Shown here: piece by piece, positions 56,780 through 64,000 of the stretch
Position numbering within the stretch: position 1 is the first letter of the stretch
Layout of the letters: the number at the start of each line of letters is the position of its first letter
NCBI GenBank assembly: GCA_040219515.1
Contig: JAVJSI010000005.1
Coordinates: 145,243-209,242 of the forward strand
Source: Acidimicrobiales bacterium
GTDB lineage: Bacteria; Actinomycetota; Acidimicrobiia; Acidimicrobiales; Aldehydirespiratoraceae
Length of the DNA: 64,000 nt
Direction of reading: 5' to 3'
Translations under genes and position numbers: made by a program
Notes under the pieces: model-generated
The model's input: only the letters and a program-made list of their open reading frames with translations
Databases searched by the model: none
What the model was told of the DNA's origin: nothing

Positions 56780-57670
56780 CTAGAGGAAGACGCGGCTGAG
56801 GTCGGCGATGCGGCTGGGGGTGAGGCACTCCGTGCCGATCGTGGCCGCGGCGACGATGAGTTCGAACGAGGCCGTCTCCTGGTCGCTGACCACCGCGAGG
56901 AGGTAGTCGAGCTCGAAGGTGGTCAGCCAGGGCACGGCACATGCCGCTTCTCTGGCCGTGAGGCCGGCCACCTGGAGAGCGAGGCGAGTCTCTCGTGTGC
57001 AGGTCACCGAGGCGGGCGCCGGGTCGACGTCGGTCGGACCGACGAAACGGAAGAGGAATGCCGCGGCCTGGGCCCGGCTCACGGGGCCATCGGGGTCGAA
57101 CGTCGTCGAGCTGGTGCCCGTGGTGATGCCTTCGTCGGCCATCCAGGCGATGGCGTCGCGCTGATAGGCGCGGGTCACGTCGGTGAACGACACGCCGGTG
57201 GAGGACGACGCGGTGGTGGGCGTGGGCGACCCGGCGTAGCGCCACAGGAGCACGGCGAAGTCGCCGCGGGTGATGGACTGTCGAGGCGCGAACTGGTCGG
57301 ATGACACACCCGTGGTCAGCCCCGTGCTGTAGAGCCAACCCACCGGGGCCTGCTGGTAGTCGGCGACGACGTCGCCGAACGGATGCGGGTCGCTCGACGG
57401 CTCGTTGCCGAGGCTTGCGTCGAGCCGGTGGAGGAAGGTGGCCACCTGGCCGCGGCTGACGTCGAGGGACGGGCCGAAGCAGCCGGCTTCGATGCCGGTG
57501 GTGATGCCGGCATCGACCATCCAGGCGACGGCGTCGGCGTAGTAGGTGTCGGTCTCGACATCACCGAAGCCGGTGGCGGCGTTGGCGGTGCCGGTCGAGA
57601 TCGCCGTGAGCGAGATGACGGCGGCCAGGAAGGCCGAGAGCAATGATCGGGTGCGCGGATTTCGTCGCAT
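56780..57670 (-). CDS. Secreted protein with tandem S-layer homology (SLH) domains.
   Basis: Signal peptide (LLSAFLAAVISLTAISTGTANA), then two SLH-like repeats (FGDVETDTYYADAVAWMVDAGITTG...RGQVATFLHR and FTDVTRAYQRDAIAWMADEGITTG...RAQAAAFLFR). Start trimmed to MRRNPRT. Confidence 0.65.
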   Translation of the reverse strand: MRRNPRTRSLLSAFLAAVISLTAISTGTANAATGFGDVETDTYYADAVAWMVDAGITTGIEAGCFGPSLDVSRGQVATFLHRLDASLGNEPSSDPHPFGDVVADYQQAPVGWLYSTGLTTGVSSDQFAPRQSITRGDFAVLLWRYAGSPTPTTASSSTGVSFTDVTRAYQRDAIAWMADEGITTGTSSTTFDPDGPVSRAQAAAFLFRFVGPTDVDPAPASVTCTRETRLALQVAGLTAREAACAVPWLTTFELDYLLAVVSDQETASFELIVAAATIGTECLTPSRIADLSRVFL

Positions 57671-57897
57671 GGTGATGAGTCGTCCTTGATCGAAGGTTGG
57701 GGGGGGTCGAGTGGTTGCGGTTCGCTGCCTCGACCCTGACCGGCAGGCTTGCGGTCTCGGGGAAGCAACGAACGTGGACACATGTCGATGTGGTTACGGA
57801 ATGGTAACCAGACGCGTCGGTCTGCGGCTGGTCACGTGACGCACGTCATTGCCGGTGACGGCGGTCACACCGGAGCGGGCCGTGAGATGCAGCGGCC

Positions 57898-58683
57898 GTG
57901 GCTCGGTCGCCTACGCTTCCCGGGGTGCCCCCGTCCCAGTCCGTCGCAACCGAGCCCTGGATCGCGATCGTGATGGCGATGGAAGCCGAGGCCGGTCTGG
58001 TGCGGGCGGCGCTCGGCGCCGAACCGATCTCGCTGCCCGGATGGGCGAGCGCCCTCCCGCCTCGACTCTCGGTGGCGCCGGCCGGCGTCGGTCATCCGAA
58101 CGTCGTTCTGGCCGTCAACGGCGACGACCCGATCACCGGCGTTCCCTGCATCGGCACCACTGCTGCGGCACTCACGACGCACGTCCTGCTCAACGCCGAG
58201 GCGGTACCGAGGCCCGAACTCGTCCTCACGGTCGGTACGGCCGGCGGGTGGCGGCGCCACGACACCTCGGTCGGCGACACCTTCTTCGCCTGGCCGCATT
58301 TCTCCTGCCACGACCGCCGGATCGACCTCCCGGGTTTCCAGGCATTCGGCGATGGCGACCTCGCGGCTGCGGACCTGCGTTCGCATGCCGAGGAACTCGG
58401 GTGTCGGTTGGGCGTCGTCACCACCGGCGACAGTCTCGACGAGTCGCCGACCGACCGGGCCCGCATCCTGGCCAACAACGGCGTCGCCAAGGACATGGAA
58501 GCCGCCGCGGTCGCATGGGTCTGTCACCTCCACGGGGTGCCGGTCGGTGGCGTGAAGACCATCACGGACCTCGTCGACGACGAGGCCTCCACGGCCGAGC
58601 AGTTCATGGCCAATCTCGAGGTCGCCTCCGCTGCACTCACCCGCACCACGATGGCGCTGCTGGCCCGACTGGTTCGACGATGA
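57898..58683 (+). CDS. PNP/UDP-1 family nucleosidase (MTA/SAH nucleosidase- or futalosine-hydrolase-like).
   Basis: IAIVMAMEAEA...GTAGG...VVTTGDSL...MEAAAVA matches the MTAN fold. The exact start is uncertain. Confidence 0.6.
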   Translation: MARSPTLPGVPPSQSVATEPWIAIVMAMEAEAGLVRAALGAEPISLPGWASALPPRLSVAPAGVGHPNVVLAVNGDDPITGVPCIGTTAAALTTHVLLNAEAVPRPELVLTVGTAGGWRRHDTSVGDTFFAWPHFSCHDRRIDLPGFQAFGDGDLAAADLRSHAEELGCRLGVVTTGDSLDESPTDRARILANNGVAKDMEAAAVAWVCHLHGVPVGGVKTITDLVDDEASTAEQFMANLEVASAALTRTTMALLARLVRR

Positions 58684-59252
58684 GCAACGACCTCGCTGCC
58701 GCGATCCGCGAACTCGGCCGGGCGGCGTATGCCGTCGAGACGTCTGCGGAACAGCAGGCCGAGGCCATCTCCACCATCGAGTCCATCGTCGCCCGACTGG
58801 CGGACGCGACCCCCCGCGTCGCCCGGCGGGGCCGTGAGCACTCGACGTTCTCGGGGAGCCAGAACCCGATCGCTCCCCCGATGCGCATCCGAACCGGCGA
58901 ACTGGCCGACGGGCGGCCGGCCCTCTTCGGCGCGGTGCAGATCGACTGGCTCCGAGAGGGCCCGCCACGTGCCGTGCACGGGGGAGTGCTCGCCGGGTTG
59001 TTCGATGAACTCCTCGGTGGCGCGCAGCGGTTGAACGGCGGCGCCGCGGGCATGACCGGACGGCTAACGGTGCGGTATCGCCGCCCCACGCCACTCGACG
59101 AGAACCTCGAGCTGCGGGCCTGGATCCACGACGAACGCCGCCGTCGGGTCACCGTTCGTGGCGAGTGTGTCGTGCACGGCACCGATGCGGTCACGGCCGA
59201 GGCCGAGGCCGTGTTCCTTCGCCCCAAGGCGCCGCGGCGCGCCGATGGCTGA
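58680..59252 (+). CDS. PaaI-type hotdog-fold thioesterase.
   Basis: VHGGVLAGLFDELLG...GRLTVRYRRP is the 4HBT/PaaI pattern. ATGA overlap with the upstream gene. Confidence 0.7.
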   Translation: MSNDLAAAIRELGRAAYAVETSAEQQAEAISTIESIVARLADATPRVARRGREHSTFSGSQNPIAPPMRIRTGELADGRPALFGAVQIDWLREGPPRAVHGGVLAGLFDELLGGAQRLNGGAAGMTGRLTVRYRRPTPLDENLELRAWIHDERRRRVTVRGECVVHGTDAVTAEAEAVFLRPKAPRRADG

Positions 59253-59814
59253 GCGCCCGCCGCCGGTCGAGGCGCCCCGGCCCCCCGACGATCCGGGCCG
59301 GCCACTCGTCTATTTCCTGTGCACCGGCAACGCCGCTCGCTCGGTGATGGGGTCGGCGATGCTGCGCATGAAGCTCGGGCCCGAGCCCTCGATCTCGGTC
59401 GAGAGCGGGGGTACCCATGTGCTGCCCGGTCAGGTGATGAGTGTGCGGACTCGGACGGCCCTGGAGCGTCACGGCATCCGCGACCCGTTCCACCGCAGCC
59501 GACAACTGACCACGGCCGACATCGAGCGAGCATCGGTCATCGTTGCCATGGAGCCCGATCACCTCCGGTGGATACGCCGGTTCCATCCGGAGGCGGCGCC
59601 GATCACCGGCAGCCTCAAGCGGGTGGTGCGCGACCTCGGCACAACGGCCGAGGGTTCGCTCGACGAACGGGTGGCTCGGCTCGAACTGGCCGCCGTCGAG
59701 TTCGAGGTCTGGGAGGAAGTCATCGATCCGGGCGGGGGAGAGCAACCCGTGTTCGACGCTGCGGCCGACGAACTCGCCGACCTGGTCGACTCGCTTCACC
59801 GCTTGCTCGTCTGA
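59245..59814 (+). CDS. Low-molecular-weight protein-tyrosine phosphatase / ArsC-like.
   Basis: The P-loop VYFLCTGNAARSVMG carries the CX5R signature. It overlaps the thioesterase by 8 nt. Confidence 0.8.
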   Translation: MAERPPPVEAPRPPDDPGRPLVYFLCTGNAARSVMGSAMLRMKLGPEPSISVESGGTHVLPGQVMSVRTRTALERHGIRDPFHRSRQLTTADIERASVIVAMEPDHLRWIRRFHPEAAPITGSLKRVVRDLGTTAEGSLDERVARLELAAVEFEVWEEVIDPGGGEQPVFDAAADELADLVDSLHRLLV

Positions 59815-59833
59815 TCTCCATGGCGCCACGACC

Positions 59834-60496
59834 ATGACGCCGCATCGCCGCGAGGGCCTGCTGCTGGCGATCGCCGTGGGCGTGGTCGCCGTCACATTCG
59901 GCGTGCTGGCCGACGCCGCCGGCTTGACCCTGCCGCAGATCATCGTGATGTCCAGCCTGGTCTTCACCGGTGCGTCGCAGTTCGCCGCCGTCTCGGTCGT
60001 CGATGGCGGCGGCACGGGGGCCGCGGCGGTGGGTTCGGCCATGCTGTTGGCCGCTCGCAACGCCCTCTACGGCCCGCTGGTGGCGCGGCTCTTGCCCCGC
60101 GGTCGGGTGCTGAGGGGGATCGGCACCCACCTTGTGATCGACGAGACCGCGGCCATGGCGAGCGTGCAGGACAACGACGCCGACGCGGCCGATGCCTTCT
60201 GGTGGACGGCGATCTGGCTCTGGTCGTTGTGGAACGTCGGGTCCGTGGCCGGCGCGCTGATCGGTTCGGTGATCGGCGAACCCGAGACATGGGGCCTCGA
60301 TGCGGCATTTCCGGCCGCGTTCCTGTCGCTCCTGGTGCCGCACCTGCGACGAATCCCCGGGAGGGTCGCCGCGATGGTCGGCGCTGCGCTCGCCGTCGCC
60401 ATGGTGCCGATCACGCCGGCCGGAGTGCCGTTGTTGGTCGGTGCGCTGGGGATCCTGCCCGCCTTCGCAGTCGCTCGTCGGATCGAGGCCCGATGA
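59834..60496 (+). CDS. azlC: AzlC-family branched-chain amino acid exporter subunit.
   Basis: A 5-6 TM protein with the AzlC pattern (VFTGASQFAAV). Confidence 0.8.
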   Translation: MTPHRREGLLLAIAVGVVAVTFGVLADAAGLTLPQIIVMSSLVFTGASQFAAVSVVDGGGTGAAAVGSAMLLAARNALYGPLVARLLPRGRVLRGIGTHLVIDETAAMASVQDNDADAADAFWWTAIWLWSLWNVGSVAGALIGSVIGEPETWGLDAAFPAAFLSLLVPHLRRIPGRVAAMVGAALAVAMVPITPAGVPLLVGALGILPAFAVARRIEAR

Positions 60497-60819
60497 GTTG
60501 GGAGGCGATCCTCGTGCTGGTGGCCGGTTCCTACGGTGCCAAGCTCTTCGGCACCGTCGTTCTCGCCCGCGTCGGCGGAACCGACGGAGCCGTCGACGGG
60601 CGACTCGCATGGTTTCCGGCGATGGTGGCGCTCATCCCACCGGCGTTGTTCGCGGCCCTGATCGCCGTCCAGACCTTGGATCACGGGGGCACGCTCCGCC
60701 TCGACGCCCGGGTCGTCGGGGTGGCCGCAGGGGCGGTGGCGGTGTGGCGCAAGCTGCCGTTCGTCGTCGTCGTGCTCTTGGCGATGGCCGTCACGGCGGC
60801 AATTCGCTGGCAGACTTGA
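60493..60819 (+). CDS. azlD: AzlD-family small membrane protein.
   Basis: 108 aa with 3-4 TM helices. ATGA overlap with azlC. Confidence 0.75.
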   Translation: MSWEAILVLVAGSYGAKLFGTVVLARVGGTDGAVDGRLAWFPAMVALIPPALFAALIAVQTLDHGGTLRLDARVVGVAAGAVAVWRKLPFVVVVLLAMAVTAAIRWQT

Positions 60820-60823
60820 TCGG

Positions 60824-62104
60824 ATGCCTCCGTCGACGAATGCCGAGCCGAATCTCATCGTCCGTGGCGGTCGTCCCCTCGAGGGAACGATCCGGGTCGG
60901 CGGGGCCAAGAACAGCGCGTTGAAGCTCATGGCGGCCACGCTTCTCGCTGAAGGCACCTACCGGCTCGCGAACGTCCCGCGCATCACCGATGTGGGACTG
61001 ATGTCCGAGCTGCTGCGGGCCACCGGTGCGCTCGTGGGCTGGGACGAGACCGGCGACGAACCGGTGCTGGTCATCGACGTGCCGGCGGTCATCACGCCGG
61101 TGGCGCCCTACGAGCTGGTCGAGCAGTTCCGGGCGTCCATCGTGGTGCTGGGCCCGATGCTGGCCCGCTGCGGGGAGGCCCGCGTGGCTCTTCCCGGCGG
61201 TGACGACTTCGGGCCCCGCCCGATCGACATGCACGTGCGGGGGCTGGCCGAACTCGGCGCCGAGTTCGAGACCCGCCACGGCTACATCCACGCCGCCGCG
61301 CCCAACCTGCTCGGCGCCCGTGTGCTGCTCGAGTTCCCGAGCGTCGGCGCCACCGAGAACCTGCTGATGGCATCGGTGCGGGCCAAGGGCACGACCGTCA
61401 TCGACAACGCGGCCCGCGAACCGGAGATCGCCGACCTCTGTGAGCTGCTCAACAAGATGGGCGCCCGCATCGAGGGTTCGGGCACATCGACCCTCACGAT
61501 CGACGGCGTCGAGGAACTCCACAGCGCCGACCACACCGTCATCCCCGACCGCATCGAGGCGGCCACCTACCTCGCCGCGCTCGGCATCGCCGGCGGCGAG
61601 GTCACCGTGGCGGGCGCCCGCCACGCCCACATGGTGATGCTGTGCCAGAAGCTCGGCGAGATGGGGATGCGCATCTCACCCGACGCCGAGGGCATCTGGG
61701 CCTTCGCCGGCAAGCGTCTCCGCTCCAGCGATTGTTCGACACTTCCCTATCCGGGACTCGCCACCGACTTCAAGCCGTTCCTGGTGGCGCTGCTGGCGAC
61801 CGCCGACGGCGTGGGCATCGTCACCGAAAACCTCTTCTCCGGTCGCTTCCGCTACGTCGACGAGTTGCGACGGATGGGCGCCGACATCCGCACCGACAGC
61901 CATCATGCGGTCGTGCGCGGGGTCGAGCGCCTGTCGGGGGCACCGGTCAAGTCCCACGACATCCGGGCCGGCGCGGCGCTGGTCATCGCCGGTCTGGCGG
62001 CCGAGGGTGAGACGATCGTCTCCGAAGCCCACCATGTGGCCCGTGGCTACGACGACATCGCCGGGAAGCTCCGCGGCATCGGCGCCGACGTCCGCCTCGA
62101 GTAG
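60824..62104 (+). CDS. murA: UDP-N-acetylglucosamine 1-carboxyvinyltransferase.
   Basis: LIVRGGRPLEGTIRVGGAKNSALKLMAA is the canonical MurA N-terminus, over the full 426-aa EPT fold. Confidence 0.9.
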   Translation: MPPSTNAEPNLIVRGGRPLEGTIRVGGAKNSALKLMAATLLAEGTYRLANVPRITDVGLMSELLRATGALVGWDETGDEPVLVIDVPAVITPVAPYELVEQFRASIVVLGPMLARCGEARVALPGGDDFGPRPIDMHVRGLAELGAEFETRHGYIHAAAPNLLGARVLLEFPSVGATENLLMASVRAKGTTVIDNAAREPEIADLCELLNKMGARIEGSGTSTLTIDGVEELHSADHTVIPDRIEAATYLAALGIAGGEVTVAGARHAHMVMLCQKLGEMGMRISPDAEGIWAFAGKRLRSSDCSTLPYPGLATDFKPFLVALLATADGVGIVTENLFSGRFRYVDELRRMGADIRTDSHHAVVRGVERLSGAPVKSHDIRAGAALVIAGLAAEGETIVSEAHHVARGYDDIAGKLRGIGADVRLE

Positions 62105-62257
62105 TCAGTCCGGGCCCGGACCCACCCGTTCGGCCTGGGCGAGCGCCCGCCGCCGGGCGACGGCGAGCAACCCGGCGAAGATGATGATGGGCCCGCCCAC
62201 CATGAGGATCTCGTCCCAGCCGCCCTGGTGGGCCAGGATGCTGATCGGGTGCATGAC
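62105..62257 (-). CDS. Hypothetical small membrane protein (50 aa), convergent with murA.
   Basis: My own translation is MHPISILAHQGGWDEILMVGGPIIIFAGLLAVARRRALAQAERVGPGPD, with one TM helix. It was not called as a separate ORF. Confidence 0.3.
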   Translation of the reverse strand, partial: VMHPISILAHQGGWDEILMVGGPIIIFAGLLAVARRRALAQAERVGPGPD

Positions 62258-62408
62258 CCAAGGCTATTGCGGTACTGCGTTCGAGAGGACAGTGCGCTCG
62301 AGATGCCACCGGGCTGGAAGCGAAGGCAGAACCGGGGAATACCGGCCCGAGGTCGTGGTTGGAACGGTGTGCTGCCACACTGAAGTCGTCCGAGCCGGGA
62401 GAGCCGTC

Positions 62409-62669
62409 GTGCGTGAACAGGTCGAAAAGGTCATCACCGCCATTCGGCCGGCCATTCAGGCCGACGAGGGCGACATCGCGCTGATCGACGTCGACGAGGC
62501 CACGGGCCTGGTCACTGTCGAGCTGATGGGGGCCTGCGTCACCTGTCCCGCGTCGACGCAGACGCTCAAGGCCGGCATCGAGCGCATCATGAAGGACCGC
62601 GTCGAGGGTGTCACCGAGGTCGTCGAGATCAACGCCCTCGGCATGAGCGAGAGCCCCGTCTCGCTCTAG
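62409..62669 (+). CDS. NifU-like (Nfu-type) Fe-S cluster assembly domain protein.
   Basis: VVREQVEKVITAIRPAIQADEGDIALIDVDEATGLVTVELMGACVTCPAS carries the Nfu CxxC motif. GTG start at 62409 with GGGAGA upstream. Confidence 0.65.
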   Translation: MREQVEKVITAIRPAIQADEGDIALIDVDEATGLVTVELMGACVTCPASTQTLKAGIERIMKDRVEGVTEVVEINALGMSESPVSL

Positions 62670-62685
62670 ACCGCTCCGGATCGCG

Positions 62686-64000
62686 CTAGAGAATACGAGC
62701 GGTGCCCGGATCGGCCAGGTTGCAGGCGTTGTTGATGAGCCCGAGGTGTGAATACGCCTGCGGATGATTGCCGAGACCGCGGCCGGTGCGGGGATCTACC
62801 TCCTCGGGGATCAGCCCGGTCTGGCCGGCGAGCTCCAGATAACGGTCGAAGAGGTGATGGGCCTCGTCGAGATCGCCGGTGAGGATCTTGGCGTCGATCA
62901 GCCAGCTCGTCATGAGGTTGAATCCGCCCTCCTCGCCGGGCAGGCCGTCCTCGTGCTTGTAGCGATACACCGTGTCGCCGTCGCGCAGCCAGGTCTCGAC
63001 GGCGCCCACCGTCGACGCGAAGCGGGGATCGTCGGCCTCGACGAGACCGAACAGGCCCACCGCCAGCACCGACGCGTCGATGTCGGTGCCGTCGTAGGCC
63101 GTGGTGAAGTAGCCCACCTCCTCGTTCCATCCGTTGGTGAGAACGTCCTTCTCGATGCGTTGGCGAAGTTCGTACCATTCGGGTCGTTCCCGGCCGAAGA
63201 CGTTCTCGGAGATACGGATGGCGCGATCGACGGTCACCCAACACATCACCTTCGAGTTGGTGTGGTGACGGGGAGCCGAACGCACTTCCCAGATTCCCTG
63301 GTCGGGCTCGGTCCAGCGCTGGTCGACCGCGGCGACGAGGTCCTCGACCAGCCGCCAGTGCTTCGTCGACAGGGGTGCGTCGATCTCGCCCAGCTGATGG
63401 ATGAGGCCGATCACGGGGCCGAACACGTCGAGCTGTACCTGATGGTCGGCGGCGTTGCCGACCCGCACCGGTCGGGAGCCGGCGTAACCCGACAGCTCCT
63501 CGATCGATGCCTCCGGCGGGAGGCGCTGACCGTTGACGGTGTAGAGCGGTGAGAGCCGTTCCGGTCCGACGTCGCTGGTCTCGATGACCCGGAGAAGCCA
63601 GTCGAGCAGGTCCATCGCTTCGTTGATCGAGCCCAGGCGCACGAGCGCAGCGGCCGACAACGAGGCATCGCGGATCCAGCAGTAGCGGTAGTCCCACTGG
63701 CGGACGCCGCCGATGAACTCCGGGAGGCTGGTGGTCGCTGCGGCGAGTATCGCCCCGGTCGGGCCGTAGCAGAGGGCCTTCAGCGTGAGCGCGGAGCGAC
63801 GCACCATCTCCGGAGCGATCGGTGGCAGCTCGAGCCGGTCGGACCAGTTCCTCCAGTAGGCGGCCGTACTCGCCCGGCGGGCCGTCTCGTCGGTGCGGTC
63901 GGGCCGGAGCGTGCCGGTGCCGCAGCGGAGCTCGAGCGTGATCGGCCCGGCGTCGAGATCGACGAGCGCGGTGGCCGTCTGGTGCATGCCGTGGACGTCG
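62686..64000 (-). CDS. GH15-family glycoside hydrolase (glucoamylase/trehalase-like). It is partial; the N-terminus lies beyond the window.
   Basis: The (alpha/alpha)6 pattern (QWDYRYCWIRDAS...LDVFGPVI...WEVR) is typical of GH15. The ORF is open to the window edge. Confidence 0.8.
   Translation of the reverse strand, partial: DVHGMHQTATALVDLDAGPITLELRCGTGTLRPDRTDETARRASTAAYWRNWSDRLELPPIAPEMVRRSALTLKALCYGPTGAILAAATTSLPEFIGGVRQWDYRYCWIRDASLSAAALVRLGSINEAMDLLDWLLRVIETSDVGPERLSPLYTVNGQRLPPEASIEELSGYAGSRPVRVGNAADHQVQLDVFGPVIGLIHQLGEIDAPLSTKHWRLVEDLVAAVDQRWTEPDQGIWEVRSAPRHHTNSKVMCWVTVDRAIRISENVFGRERPEWYELRQRIEKDVLTNGWNEEVGYFTTAYDGTDIDASVLAVGLFGLVEADDPRFASTVGAVETWLRDGDTVYRYKHEDGLPGEEGGFNLMTSWLIDAKILTGDLDEAHHLFDRYLELAGQTGLIPEEVDPRTGRGLGNHPQAYSHLGLINNACNLADPGTARIL

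Noticed and set aside
1-64000. A search for CRISPR arrays, rRNA or tRNA genes, transposases or integrases, and prophage or defence-system genes.
   Set aside because: I saw no arrays of regularly spaced repeats longer than 3 units, no rRNA-like conserved stretches, and no transposase, integrase or phage structural signatures in any translation. tRNAs cannot be excluded without a covariance-model scan (tRNAscan-SE or Infernal).

Overview
This is a high-GC (about 68-72% by eye) actinobacterial-type chromosomal segment. It is densely coding, with roughly 65 protein genes on both strands. Most starts are GTG/ATG, and many neighbouring genes overlap by ATGA/GTGA or sit a few nucleotides apart. I found no rRNA, tRNA, CRISPR array, transposase or integrase.

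Recognisable content, in order along the window:
- A lipid/CoA-metabolism block: an F420-type LLM oxidoreductase, an MFS transporter, a tandem-fused family III CoA-transferase and an Mcr-like racemase.
- The DEAH helicase HrpB.
- Two large PAS-GGDEF-EAL c-di-GMP proteins, plus Crp/Fnr, a cNMP-binding protein and an NfeD-flotillin pair.
- A minus-strand operon encoding a cyclase-family protein, a cNMP-binding protein, an APH-like kinase, ribokinase, a nucleoside hydrolase and a membrane protein.
- A Dpp/Opp-type ABC importer (dppABCDF-like).
- A sulfate-reduction and siroheme operon (cysH, sirC-like, cobA, sirA, plus DUF4202 and an MBL hydrolase).
- An IpdAB-like CoA-transferase with an alpha/beta acyl-CoA dehydrogenase pair, which looks like steroid/HIP ring degradation.
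- An SLH-domain secreted protein.
- An operon running from an MTAN-like nucleosidase through AzlCD to MurA.
- A partial GH15 glycosidase at the right edge.

The most interesting candidates are:
- A PLP-fold (PALP) protein that lacks the Schiff-base lysine and is translationally coupled to the racemase.
- A lower-GC (~55-60%) block, about 17.35-19.8 kb, covering the N-terminal sensor module of a GGDEF-EAL protein plus a FeeM-like N-acyl amino acid synthase.
- A 33-bp perfect hairpin/palindrome in a divergent intergenic region.
- 14-bp tandem repeats at a convergent gene junction.
- A HAD-hydrolase pseudogene carrying a 9-bp triplicated repeat.
- A ribokinase whose conserved N-terminal motif lies upstream of any canonical start codon.

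All calls come from reading the supplied translations and the DNA by eye; no database searches were run.
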